The notes beneath the pieces were generated by a model. That model ran no database searches, was not told where the DNA came from, and worked only from the letters and a program-made list of their open reading frames with translations. The position numbers were made by a program, and so were the translations under genes. 64,000 bases of DNA from Octopus sinensis (Eukaryota), in contig NC_042998.1 of the NCBI RefSeq assembly GCF_006345805.1, forward strand, positions 30,380,001-30,444,000, given 5' to 3'. Positions 13,877-26,947 of this stretch are shown here, in pieces (within the stretch, counting starts at the first letter, position 1; each line of letters starts with the position of its first letter).

Positions 13877-14647
13877 GTATAAACATACATACATATATAC
13901 ACACAGCCTAATTAGCAATTGGCAACAGAATAATTAAATGAGAATCCAATATTTCGTAGAGTCTTAATACAGTTGAAAATTATCAAACCTTTACAATATT
14001 TATTTAATTGTTTTCCGAAAATAAATCATTAATAATTGGAAAGTGATTGATCTACAGGAGATCTATAAATGAACCATAAAGACATTGATACAGTTTATAA
14101 AGTGCTATCTTTGAACATTACTTCCTGTTAAATGCATAACTTTACATAAATGATTCGGTGGTAACCTATCTTAAAGGTTATCTCCCTGAATGGAACACAA
14201 ACTTACAACTCAGTAAAAACACTTTTTTTGTGATAGATTTATCATCTTTGTTTTATATATCACATATCTAAATATCTCTCCCCTTGAAAATTATAGTTTG
14301 ACGGTTGAGTGTATATAGTTTATGAAATAATACACTGAAATGTAAGCAATATTGAAAAATAAATCACTTTAATCTGTTCCATGAGAGGATACGTTTGTTC
14401 TTAATTACGTTCTTAATTACGTTCTTAATTTAATTTATACTATAATATAAATTAAATTCTATATAAATAAAGGGTCCGCAGTCACTATAAAGAACGTCTT
14501 ATATAATATATAAAAAGCAAATTAGGATAAAATATTATAGTTTCACGACAAAGGTAATAAGAGTAATGAGTTTAATTATATATGTCTCTAAAAACGTCTT
14601 TTTGTCAATATCCTGCGCTAGAAATTTAACAGGTATTTCTGAATTAA

Positions 14648-14881
14648 AAGGCATCGAGCTGGCAGAAACGTTAGCACGCCGAGCGAAATGCGTAGCCGTA
14701 TTTCGTCTGCCGTTACGTTCTGAGTTCAAATTCCGCCGAGGTCAACTTTGCCTTTCATCCTTTCGGGGTCGATAAATTAAGTACCAGTTACGTACAGGGG
14801 GTCGATATAATCGACTTAATCCGTTTGTCTGTCCTTGTTTGTCTCCTATGTGTTTAGCTCCTTGTTGGGTAGTAAAGTAAT
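14648..14881 (+). mobile_element. SINE family C with 17-bp TSD
   Basis: AGGTATTTCTGAATTAA at 14631-14647 and 14882-14898. Confidence 0.92.
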
Positions 14882-15604
14882 AGGTATTTCTGAATTAATC
14901 TGGAAGAAATTAAAACTGGTAGGACTTTAAAAGATACTCGAGAAAATTACATCATTCTTCGAAACAAAGCGAACGGTTATCTTCCGTGTTTTCTTTTTTG
15001 TATTCCTTTTTTTATTTTTTTTTATTTATTTTTTTAATTTTTTGAAAGCTCATAGTAAATCCTGCTGAAACATATATCTTCCTGTTCCATCGGTATGCCG
15101 TCCATTTATTTCGCTTATCCTTTATTCCATGGTACGCTATCTGATATGATAGATGTTATCGTTAACCTACAACGCATGCTGCTGAAGGCAAATTTCATTC
15201 ACCACTCAAGGAAGAAATATGGTTTCATATATCATTGTGTTGAATCCCTTTCTGCTTTCCGTATGGGGATTTCAATGTCGAATTTCGCACTTTCTGGTGA
15301 ACGTGATTACTGTTTCATATGTTACTGCTGTGTAATGCAACCTTGGTTAAGGCACATCGTTCTTCATTATTATGTATGCCCACATCACCTGCTATGGGTT
15401 CTATCATAGATTATTCTCAAACAGTTTCTAGTAAAAAATAGTATACTGCAACTGAGAGAGCTGAGGCAATCTTTGTCTCTTAATTTGGAATAATTAAACT
15501 ATATTTGTTTTAATGCTTAAGGACCAGATTATATTGCAGGGATTATCTTCAGATTAGCGATTGAGACATATACCTTAGAGTATAGAGGAACTGCTGTTAA
15601 CTAA

Positions 15605-15763
15605 GCTGAATGGATGTGTGGTAAGAAGCTTGCTTCTCAACTACATGGTTCCCAGTTCAGTCCTACTGTGTGGCACCTTGGGCAAGTGTCTCCTACTATA
15701 CCCTCGGGCCGACCAAATCCTTGTGAGTGAATTTGGTAGACGGAAACTGAAAGAAGCCCGTCG

Positions 15764-15855
<92 letters not shown>

Positions 15856-16041
15856 CTGTATCGCCCCACCATCGCTTGACAACTGATATTAGTGTGTTTA
15901 CGTCCCTGCACTAGCGGTTCGTCAAAAGAGCCCGATAGAATAAGTACTATGCTTACAAAGAGTAAGTCATGGGGTCGACATGTTCGACGAAAGATGGTAC
16001 TCAATCATGGCCGCAGTCAAATGACTGAAACAAGTAAAAGA
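15605..16041 (+). mobile_element. SINE family B with expanded internal (TA)n(GT)n
   Basis: gtggtaagaagcttgcttc head, ggcaccttgggcaagtgtc, tail catggccgcagtcaaatgactgaaacaagtaaaag. Confidence 0.9.
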
Positions 16042-19000
16042 ATATATTCATATATCCCAGTATGTCGGTATTTGTCGCATTCTTTGCTAACAAATAACGA
16101 ATTTCCGCTTGAATACGGGACCTCACCTTTTCTGTAGTCAATTCTTAATCTTTAGTAAAGACTTTTCCTTTTTTTTCAGCGTCGCAAAAAATTGCCAGAG
16201 CTACGTTTTTTTTTTAACTTTCTCTAAATACGAGGTATACCTCATTTCAAATAGAATACCCTGTGCACATTATACAGTGTAACCTCCTCTTCCATTTTAT
16301 GCTATTAAAAGTCTCTGATTTGTTTAAGCAGGAGAGGAAACAAGAATAGAACCGATACATACTGCAGGAAATATATAAACTTGTTGTATTGTTCATAATA
16401 AATGATACGAAACTTCTCATTTACAGAGAATGTGAATGCGCAATATTTAATACAACTCATTAAAATTATGATGTTATAGCTCCATAATCAATATTGTAAA
16501 TATGGAAAAATTTGATTTTTAAGCTTATCAATACAGATAACAAAAATTCATGACATTTCGTACACGAATGCGTTTATGAAATCGAAGATAAAATAATTAA
16601 GCAATGGTTCTATACGGATATTTCAGATGTTGTTGATCATTCATCAGAACCACATCCAACCTACCCGCTATCCTCGAACCGCTAAGTTTTGCGGTGTAAC
16701 ACTTTTGGATAGACTGATGTACATATTAAACACATTTCTGGCATTTTGTATGTAAATATTAATTGCTAGCAACGACACAAGTAGGATATTCATTATTCAG
16801 TCTGCAAAACGAAATATTCTCTCCTTGCTAACAATTGACAAACATTTGAATGTATTTGTAGCATTATCAGTTATAATAATGCTTATACAATTCAACAGCT
16901 GTAGCTTTGAACTTATTTGGAAGAGATTCAAATTCTTTGCAAAAAATATTAGAAAAGAATGTAGGCAATACTTAAAACTCCGCATTGCCAAAGCAAAACA
17001 ACAAAGAGCAAATATGACACGATTGAAATAAAAATGCGGCTTCTCGCCATGTGTATACGAGAAATACATCAATACTGATGGCTTTGCATATTTTTAAAAT
17101 AATAATTCAAACATAAATAAGTTTTGAAATTGTTTTGCTCTCTCTACCACAACGCAAACCTCAAATATTTTGATAAGATATTTGATCACTGCATTCTATT
17201 ATATCTGCATTTCTCCCGATAAAATTTTAAAACAAATATTTATAGTTTTGATTGAAACGAATTCTAAACATATCTAGGAACATTTGTTCTTAAATACAGA
17301 TTCTGTTTGTTGGGACCCTGGGGAGTTTATCCGTGAACATAAAGTTCTTAATTCATTCGCGTAAGAAATATTCACTCTGGAAACAGAATAATAATTCCTT
17401 ATGTCTAACTGTTGCAGGAAAAGAAGAGATGTAATACTCATATTCTTTCTACTATCGGTACAAAGACTGAAGATGGAGATTTCTCTAGTAGATTACATCG
17501 ATCCAGCTATACTGCTACTCATTTAATCAACCACGCGTGTATAGAAGGCAAAATCGAACTTCGTGGAATATGGACTCATACCTTTAGCCAGAAAATGCAG
17601 CTAAGCTATTTTTCCCGATTTGTTAACGATAGTGCCAGTTCGCCGATTTGTATAGACTCCTTATAGGAATACGGCATATTATATTTTACTATATTTCCCA
17701 TACTCATGAAAATACCGATATCGACAAACAGGCATGTACATACATACATTCATAGGTGTTATGCCCAGCAACTTTACGCACCGCTTTTATACGGATAACC
17801 ACTCGCTCAGAAACCCAAAATTAGCCAACACATCGTCACTAGCTAAGTACTCTTGGCAACATAGAAAATCCTTCAATTCATTATAATGGAATGTAGTGAC
17901 ATTTTTCAGTTTCATACACAGGTGAAGGAAAACCTTGTTGTTGTTAATCAACAAGACGGGTAAAAGTGATTAGGTGATGGTCTAGGGCTTAGGGGCGGGA
18001 GACCCCAGACCTTGGAAAAAAACAAACTTTGGTCGTCTTGTAGTCGATGGCTCTTCGTTGACGTCCGGCACCACTGGGAGGTGGCCCTCGAAGTCGCTGG
18101 AAATGGAGATCTCCAGGTCCAGACTCTTGAACGGCAACGAAAGCCTTGCCGATTGTGCAGGAAGGAAAAGATTCAGATTTCATTGTCAGACACAAAATTT
18201 GTTAAGAAACGAAATGAGATGATATCATCAATTGTAAGCACAAAATTCTTATAAGGGACATCGGATTCTCTTGTTCCATATGCTACATTCCACACTTACC
18301 ATTGGCTTGCTCACTTCTTACTTTAAGCATCTTATAATTGTGTGTTTATCCCAGTGAGTTCTCTACTGCTCTCTTGTTTGCTCTAATTGCCATAATCCAC
18401 AATGTATATGTATTCCACATGTATGTGTCTACGAATGCATATCTCTCTATACCTATATATACTGTATATCAGTGAAAAAAGTCGATTATGCTTTTGCCGT
18501 TGTTTCTGTTCAGCTTCACTACTTGACAATGGAGTTTTTTGTAAATAAGTAAAGCTGAATATATCTCGGCGATAATGATTTATATTCAGTGAATTCTCGT
18601 GTTGCTGCAAATGAAAAATTAATTTCCCCCATTTTCAAATGGGCTACACATTGCCAAGGTGTTGCCTCATTATTATCGTATTGTCTCATGAATCGCTCCC
18701 CCACGAGGCACATTTGTAGTTTTTCAATGAGTATGCTGATAAAATTTAAGGTACTCTTTGGTGCATTTGAACTTAAAATGTAAATATACCAAACGAAGTA
18801 TTCCTGCTCTAAAAATGTTATCGTCTTCACTCGACAAATTATGTCGCTTAGTGAAGAAAAATATATAGAAAGGCAATAGCAAACAATGTCGCTTAGTGAA
18901 AATCAAGAAAGGTAATAGGAAACCACGTTTGTATTCCTACAGTTAATTCATTTATAGTGTGGAAGGTAATTAGTTTCCGATAATATTCGTTCTACTCTAA

Positions 19001-19050
19001 CGAAAATTTAGGGGAGGGCGCCAGTCGACTAGTTCGACCCAGTACGCAAC

Positions 19051-19813
19051 ATCGACCCCGAAAGGAGGAAAGGCAAAGTCGACCTCGGCGGAATTTGAAC
19101 TCAGAACGTAAAGACAGACGAAATAACGCTAAGCAATTCGCTCGGCGCGCTAACGTTTCTTATTTCTTTACTGCCCACAAGGGGATACACGCAAAGGGGA
19201 CAAACAAGGACAAACACGCAGATTAAGTCGATTATATCGACCTCAGTGCGTAACTGGTTCTTACTTATTCGACCCCGAAAGGTAGAAAGGCAAAGTTGAC
19301 ATCGGCGTAATTTCAACAAAGAACGTAGCGGCAGACAAAATACCTATTTCTTTACTACCCACGAGGGGCTAAACACAGAGAAGACAAACGGATTAAGTTG
19401 ATTATATCGACCCCAGTGCGTAACTGGTACTTATTTAATCGACCCCGAAAGGATACCGCTAAGCATTTCGCCCGGCGTGCTAACGTTTCTACCAGCTCGC
19501 TGCCTTAGGTTGAGAAATGTAAAGATGAAATGTAAAGTCGACTTCGGTGGAATTTGAACTCAGAAAGTAACGGCTGACGAAATACCTATTTCTTTACTAC
19601 CCACAAGGGGTAAACACAGAGAGGACAAACAAGGACAGACAAACGGATTAAGTCGATTATATCAACCCCAGTGCGTAACTGGTACTTATTTAATCGACCC
19701 CGAAAGGATGAAAGGCAAAGTCGACCTCGGCGGAATTTGAACTCAGAACGTAGCGGCAGACGAAATACCGCTAAACATTTCGCCCAGCGTGCTATCGATT
19801 CTGCCAGTTCGTC
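19051..19813 (-). mobile_element. SINE family C multimer (about four rearranged units)
   Basis: Repeated atcgaccccgaaagg / gaatttgaactcagaacg / aatacctatttctttac blocks; junctions at gaaatacc|tatttc. Confidence 0.88.
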
Positions 19814-20449
19814 CTATTTGACATATTAAATACTATCAAAAATAATTTGTTGTAGCAAATCTGGCATCTAAGTAGATGTGCTATTTAAAATACTTTTTGC
19901 TGTATAAAGCCGAAAATAATCATGTATATCTCCGTGCCTTTCTTCGAGTGTCACATCAGATCATTAAAGTAAGCTTTATTTCTTAATTAGACGATATTCA
20001 AACACATAAATTGGTCTATATTGAATAGCTGGCTACGACCTCATCGACAGTCAACAATGTTTTTATAGTATATCATCTATGTTTCAGCTTTTAGAGTTAT
20101 TCGCACCAACATGTGAAGAAGTCAGTCTGCATCTAAAATAATCCTCAGAATTAATTAGGAAAATAATAATCTATGTATTAAATATATAGGTCGACGAAAT
20201 TTTGTTCAAATACTCTTTTCATGTCTAAGCACAAACTCCGAATTTTGTTCAAATTTTGCACTGTATCACAGTACATTATTGTACTGCAAGCTAAAAAGTA
20301 AATTCTATGTGTTACTAAGGATGCTGAAGACATTTAAATTGAAGAGGACAATAAATGATTTTATGTAACATCCACTTTCATTTCTTACAGCATTAGTCAC
20401 GTTAATTTTTTGCGATTCAAAATTGAAACAAAATTGACTCGAGTTCGTA

Positions 20450-20964
20450 TCTTCTCTCTATATAAACGGCAGTTTGTCTGTCTGTGTGTCTGTGTGTCTG
20501 TCAGGTTGTACCCTCACCCTGACCACGGCTTTCAACCGATTCTGATGAAACTTGACACACACATAGCCCAATGTCATAATTCAAAACTAACGCAGCGAAA
20601 ACTTTGAAAAGTTCCCCCAGTTCTGAAAAAAATTGATAAATTTGACATGGGGTCGAGAATCTAAGCTTTATATTTGCAACACATTTTCTGTTGTAGTTTT
20701 CGCAACTTGCAATCGATTTTCACCAAACTCATGGTGAAGCTTAATGTTACCCTAAGAAACTTAATTCTGACGTTAGTTTTCCATGCAATACCTTACCATC
20801 AGAAAAAATAGATAAAATCATGCTATTTTGGGAAATCGTGTTCAAATTCAAGATGACATACTTTCGAAAATATCTTTCACAAATTGGCAGGAATTTTTTA
20901 AAAATTCACAGCGAGCATCATGTCTGCTCTTACATACCCGGGCAATGCTGGGCTATGCTGCTAG
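20450..20964 (+). mobile_element. Non-autonomous Helitron
   Basis: Inserted between A and T; 5' TCTTCTCTCTATATAAACGGCAG with (TGTC)n; 3' hairpin CCCGGGCAATGCTGGG (20937-20952) then CTAG; the empty site is visible in the paralogue at ~50852. Confidence 0.85.
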
Positions 20965-21236
20965 TTAGTAATAAAATGAAAAGTAAAACAAACAAAATAA
21001 TCACATATAAAAAGCATAAAAGAATTTGATAGTTATCTTCTGCCGTACGTCACATGCTTGATGAAAACATATCATAATGAAACACACGTTCACGTTTGAA
21101 ATTTCGACTCAATGAATTTAATTGTAACTAGCATGTTACGGGAAAATATCCTTTCGAAAATTCCGTGATGAAAACGCCAATGGTGTAAGAATTTATATCT
21201 CAATCGAGAGCATATGATTTTGTAAGTACATAATTT

Positions 21237-21566
21237 AACGGAACAGCCTGCTCGTGAAATTAACGTGCGAGTGGCTCAACACTCCACAGACGCGTGTACC
21301 CTTAACGTAGTTCTCGGGGAGATTCAACGTGACACAGGGTGTGACAATGCTGGCCCTTTGAAATACAGGTACAACGGAAACAGGAAGAAAGAGTGAGAGA
21401 AAGTTGAAGTGATAGAGTACAGCAGAATTCGCCACCATCCCCTGCCGGAAATTGTGGAGCTTTAGTTGTTTTCGCTCAATAAACACTCACAACGCCCGGT
21501 CTGGGAATCGAAACCGCGATCCTATGCCCGCCGGTCCGCTGCCCTAACCACTGTGTCATTGCGCCT

Positions 21567-21570
<4 letters not shown>
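21237..21570 (-). mobile_element. SINE family A, 3'-truncated, diverged
   Basis: Head and body match family A; ends at ggctgttccgtt. Confidence 0.88.
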
Positions 21571-21599
<29 letters not shown>

Positions 21600-21624
<25 letters not shown>

Positions 21625-23225
21625 GCATACAGTTAGTTCGAGGCAGTTATATCGTCATTAGGGATTATATAGTCCAAAGTATTCCACTGGTTTAAGCCCC
21701 ATCATGTAATGCGAAAGTCGTTGGTAGATGTTAGGGATTATTGAAATTACCAATATTTCTTATTATCTAGTTGATTAAATTTTCCAAGCATTTGTTTAAT
21801 TGTTATGAAGGCTACCATATTCTATACGTGGAGCTTAGCCCCAGAAAACTAAAGGGAAATATCAGAGTGTTTTTGAAGGATATCGATCAACTAAGAATGT
21901 TGCCATCAAAAGCATTCTTTTTACCAAACTATAACAGCGTAAATATGCGATAATATTAATTCCGACGTCAGAAAATTTTACATTAAGACAAGTAAATTTT
22001 TCATTAAATTTGCAACTTTTTAAACAGAAAATAGTTTCAGAAGAAGCAGTCAAACATCTATAACGAAAGAAGGAATTTTGAGGTGGAGTGATTGAACAGT
22101 TATTAGTGAAAAATGGCTTGATATTTTCTTTGTAAAAATACTTGGAAATAATACTGTGAAAATTGTTTCCATTGATTTTCTTTCTTTCTTTCTTTCTTTA
22201 CTTGTCTCAGTCATTTGACTGCGGCCATGCTGGAGCACCGCCTTTAGTGGAGTAAATCGACCCTAGGACTTATTCTTTGTAACCTAGTATCTATTCTATC
22301 GTTCTCTTTTTCCGAATCGCTAAGTTACGGGGACGTAAACACACCAGCATCGGTTGTCAAGCGATGTTGGGGGACAAACGCAGACACACACACACACACA
22401 CACACACAACACACACACACACATATATATATGCATACAGTTAGTTCGAGGCAGTTATATCGTCATTAGGGATTATATAGTCCAAAGTATTCACTGGTTT
22501 AAGCCCCATCATGTAATGCGAAAGTCGTTGGTAGATGTTAGGGATTATTGAAATTACCATATTTCTTATTATCTAGTTGATTAAATTTTCCAAGCATTTG
22601 TTTAATTGTTATGAAGGCTACCATATTCTATACGTGGAGCTTAGCCCCAGAAAACTAAAGGGAAATATCAGAGTGTTTTTGAAGGATATCGATCAACTAA
22701 GAATGTTGCCATCAAAAGCATTCTTTTCTTTTCACCAAACTATAACAGCGTAAATATGCGATAATATTAATTCCGACGTCAGAAAATTTTACATTAAGAC
22801 AAGTAAATTTTTCATTAAATTTGCAACTTTTTAAACAGAAAATAGTTTCAGAAGAAGCAGTCAAACATCTATAACGAAAGAAGGAATTTTGAGGTGGAGT
22901 GATTGAACAGTTATTAGTGAAAAATGGCTTGATATTTTCTTTGTAAAAATACTTGGAATAATACTGTGAAAATTGTTTCCATTGATTTTCTTTCTTTCTT
23001 TCTTTCTTTACTTGTCTCAGTCATTTGACTGCGGCCATGCTGGAGCACCGCCTTTAGTGGAGTAAATCGACCCTAGGACTTATTCTTTGTAACCTAGTAT
23101 CTATTCTATCGTTCTCTTTTTCCGAATCGCTAAGTTACGGGGACGTAAACACACCAGCATCGGTTGTCAAGCGATGTTGGGGGACAAACGCAGACACACA
23201 CACACACACACACACACACCACACA
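21600..23225. repeat. ~808-bp tandem duplication with breakpoints in (CA)n tracts
   Basis: atgcatacagttagttcgagg starts at 21623 and 22431; the copies differ by a few small indels. Confidence 0.92.
22185..22410 (-). mobile_element. SINE family B, 3' half (product of the tandem duplication)
   Basis: Identical to 22987-23215; (CTTT)n tail. Confidence 0.88.
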
Positions 23226-23406
23226 CATATATATATATATATATACATATATAAGACAGACTTCTTTCAGTTCCCGTCTACCAGATCCACTCACAAGTCT
23301 CTGGTCGGCCCGAGGCTATAGTAGAAGACACTTGCCCAAGGTGCCACGCAGTGGGACTGAACCCGGAATCATGTGGTTCGTAAGCAAGCTACTTACCACA
23401 CAGCCA
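22987..23406 (-). mobile_element. SINE family B, full length
   Basis: Head gtggtaagtagcttgcttacgaaccacatgattccgggttcagtccc; internal CA/TA; tail agcatggccgcagtcaaatgactgagacaag. Confidence 0.92.
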
Positions 23407-23724
23407 CACCTACGCCTGTTACAAAACAATTCCTTTTGCATTTTTGTAGAAGTGTGCATATATGCCAAAGATAAATGCTGTTACTGGAGTTCAAGCTTAT
23501 CCCGGAAGTTCTATTTCTATTAGATGCTGTAAATAAACAATAAACCTTAAAGAGGAACATGTAAATCAGACCTGTGATGACACAAACAAACTGAAATATT
23601 AAAATTAACTTTCATTTCAATGTAATGTCGAAATCAGCTTCAACGTTTTATAACCTAGAACTGTCAGTGACCCACTGTGTCACAGGTAGTCTAGTTTAGA
23701 TATATATATATATATATATATATA

Positions 23725-24070
23725 TAATGTAAAGTATAGAAGCCATCTTATCATGGCTAACCACATTGGGGAGGGGGTGTTACTGTAGCTTTATAGCCCC
23801 AAGAGATCTTCGTCTCTAGCTGGCTTTAGACACAATATCAGTGTCCTTGGAGTGTTTGCAAAGGGAGGCCATCCTTCCTCGCAAGCCTAGTTCGAGCGTA
23901 TCACTCAGGCTTGCGAGGAAGGGATGGCCTCCCTTTGCAAACACTCCAAGGACACTGATATTGTGTCTAAAGCCAGCTAGAGACGAAGATCTCTTGGGGC
24001 TATAAAGCTACAGTAACACCCCTCCCCAATGTGGTTAGCCATGATAAGATGGCTTCTATACTTTACATTA
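23725..24070. repeat. Near-perfect inverted repeat, 164-bp arms, 18-nt spacer
   Basis: Arms 23725-23888 and 23907-24070 are reverse complements apart from two 1-nt homopolymer indels. Confidence 0.95.
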
Positions 24071-24153
24071 TCGAGCGATTACTGTTTCAATCTCATTCTG
24101 AGATTTAATTATGGTATATATATATATATATATATATACATATATATATAAAG

Positions 24154-24203
<50 letters not shown>

Positions 24204-24289
24204 ATATATATATAAAGATCATATATATAAATATATATATATATATACATATTTATATAAAGATCATATATATATATATATATATATAC

Positions 24290-24990
24290 AAAATGAGAAA
24301 ATGGAGAAATATATCTAAATCATTCATCAACTATCAGATAATACCGAATCATATACTTTATCAAACACTACACAAGAGCATTAAGATTAGACATTAATAC
24401 AGTACAATAATTACAATCAATATAATGAGATATAACTAAATAAATATAACAAGATATAAAAATACATATACATTATAACTGACAGCTGTTTCGGCCATGC
24501 AGATAAGTATGTCTCATTTAACCTATTAGCCATATATTGCAGGTATAAATGAGACATTAACAAAAATATCTCACAGCCTCTTCGGAGATTCTAATGTAAG
24601 TATGAGTACATATCCAAAAATCTTTTACATATAAATATAAATATGGGTGCATATATACTCATATACTTATATATATACACATATACATATACTTAATAAT
24701 ATAAAATAATATAAATAATATAAATCAATATATATCAATAAACATAATAATGTTCTATATTGAATGTTGAAGTTCCTCAACTAATATTAAGAAATTACAA
24801 CAGATATATTCATACCTAATGCAGACATATATATTAAACAGTTCATTATATTAATTTATGTTACTTTACAAAAAGTCAATAATGTTAATATTCTTACTAC
24901 TAACAATATCATTACTAATAAAACAATATATATATCACACAATTAACAACCTGTAGCAACACTGAAGACCAATAAATACCACCATAGTAT
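24290..24990 (-). mobile_element. PLE terminal module (diverged relative of 35631-37231 / 44405-49320)
   Basis: Shares caaaatgagaaaatggagaaat..ctaaatcat and the cagctgtttcggccatg..ctcttcggagatt HHR block; abuts (TA)n. Confidence 0.7.
24477..24590 (-). ncRNA. Type I hammerhead motif, CCGAAGA core
   Basis: AATCT-CCGAAGA-GGCTGTG..CATGGCC-GAAA-CAGCTG-TC^AGTT; palindromic stem III; stem I weak. Confidence 0.55.
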
Positions 24991-25098
24991 TATTCAAGGC
25001 AAATATCTACATATATATAAAGATCATATATATTATATATATAATATATATATATAATATATATACATATGTATATACACACACATATATATATAAAG

Positions 25099-25139
<41 letters not shown>

Positions 25140-25456
25140 TACACATCTATATATAAAGATTATATATATGTGTGTGTGTGTGTGAATAAATCGAACAAAA
25201 ACGAAGAACAAACACAAGAAAAAGACGACACGAGGACGTAGTACATGGAAAATATATCATATATATATTATATTATATTAAGATTTTAATATGCTGAACC
25301 ACTGGTTTTAAATTGATATTAATCAAATTAACATTCAATTTTCACCCTTATATATATATATTACGGAGATGTACTTGCATATATACATATATACATACAT
25401 GCATATATATACATATATACATACATATATATATATATATACATAAATATATATAT

Positions 25457-25490
<34 letters not shown>

Positions 25491-25494
25491 ATAT

Positions 25495-25525
<31 letters not shown>

Positions 25526-25526
25526 C

Positions 25527-25576
25527 CAAAATAAGCAACAAGAATAACTCCGGAGTTATTCTTGTTGCTTATTTTG
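25527..25576. repeat. Perfect 50-bp palindrome with no spacer
   Basis: caaaataagcaacaagaataactcc|ggagttattcttgttgcttattttg, directly after a (TA)n tract. Confidence 0.95.
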
Positions 25577-26184
25577 ATTATAATCACCCCATGGATTTAT
25601 ATGGATAACACCACACATATAAATTTATGTATACATACATAAATTTATGTGTGTGTCTATTTATTTTACACATTCATAAACGTGTGAATAGAAATCTCTT
25701 ATACGTTTATTGCCTTTTATTCAGAAGGCGAATGAAATTGCATATTATCGCCGTGTTTATAATATATATTCATGCTAAATACACCATTAAATTATGTATT
25801 TTAAATGAACTCGCGAACACAATATTTTTTTAATTACACAAAATTATACGGAACAGAATTTATTATTAATATTTTTTATGTATATACAGCTGCATTAAAT
25901 TATTGATGTTTAACTCTCTCCCGTTTTATTTACGTTCTCTACTCATTAGAAATTTGAAGCAATGGACAAATATAAATACATTTCTTTATATGCAGTATAT
26001 TTTTTCATCATCTCTTTCGACAATAACTTGACCTAGGAACAGAGAAAGTCAGGAATCCAACACTTATTCGTTATCATCACTATCTGAAATAGTATGCAAT
26101 TATTCTGCGAAACTGATTTTATATGATCCCTGTGCCGATATATAATTAGAGTTTGCCTTTCACCAGCTGGATCATCCGAATATG

Positions 26185-26599
26185 GGAGGCGAAATGGCCC
26201 AGTGGTTAGGGCAGCGGACTCGCGGTCGTAGGATCGCGGTTTCGATTCCCAGACCGGGCGTTGTGAGTGTTTATTGAGCGAAAACACCTAAAGCTCCACG
26301 ACGCTCCGGCAGGGATGGTGGTGATCCCTGCTGTACTCTTTCACCACAACTTTCTCTCACTCTTACTTCCTGTTTCTGTTGTACCTGTATTTCAAAGGGC
26401 CGGCCTTGTCACTCTCTGTGTCACGCTGAATATCCCCAAGAACTACGTTAAGGGTACACGTGTCTGTGGAGTGCTCAGCCACTTGCACGTTAATTTCACG
26501 AGCAGGCTGTTCCGTTAAATTATGTACTTACAAAATCAGGCTGTTCCGTTGATCGGATCAACCGGAACCCGCGTCGTCGTAACCGACGGAGTGCTTCCA
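26185..26599 (+). mobile_element. SINE family A, full length, 12-bp TSD
   Basis: CATCCGAATATG at 26173-26184 and 26600-26611; carries a 20-nt insert flanked by duplicated caggctgttccgtt. Confidence 0.94.
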
Positions 26600-26947
26600 C
26601 ATCCGAATATGACAAAAGTTAAACTAAGGTATATGTATGCGTTTACATGTGGCCCAGGGAAGACTTTTCTTTCTACTTGGGATTGAAAAATTAGGAAGCC
26701 TGCATAGATTTAACCAATCTTGATTGAAATAGTAGTTAAATTTTCCTCAAATTCCATACGTTTATTTTAACTAAAATGAAGTACTTTTCGTACGATTTTA
26801 GAAAAAATACCTGGTAGTTATATAGGAAACATTGATTTTAGATTTTATAAATTTATAGGGAGAAAAGAAATATTGGTAACATTTTACTTAAAATAATACT
26901 TTATAACAGGGCCTGAAATTTGGAAGAGGGGAATCGCCAATCATATG

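Larger units (their letters stand above)
18600..21215 (+). repeat. Old non-coding segment paralogous (inverted) to 50600-52330, now interrupted by SINE C and a Helitron
   Basis: Collinear matching blocks such as caaatgggctaca, tcgcttagtgaa, ctatgtttcagctt, aaaataatcctcagaa and ttatcttctgccgtacgtcac occur in reverse complement at 50.6-52.3 kb. Confidence 0.75.

Noticed and set aside
14397-14430. Three copies of a 12-mer (gttcttaattac)
   Set aside because: Short local slippage repeat with no further structure.
16605-16652. CTGATGA..GAAA..GTA hammerhead-like string on minus
   Set aside because: Stem II is out of register by 2 nt, stem III does not pair and the flanking helix sequesters the core CT; likely a chance match.
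19051-19813. Repeated blocks superficially like a CRISPR array
   Set aside because: The spacers are themselves homologous SINE C segments; eukaryotic context with no cas genes.
26185-26262. tRNA-like cloverleaf with A and B boxes (also 6970-7048, 13800-13876, 57721-57797)
   Set aside because: SINE heads: no closing acceptor stem, and always followed by the SINE body and TSDs.
26267-26518. Recurrent ORFs MFIERKHLKL.. / MVVIPAVLFHH.. seen at several loci
   Set aside because: They recur because they lie inside SINE family A copies; frames and stops are not conserved between copies.
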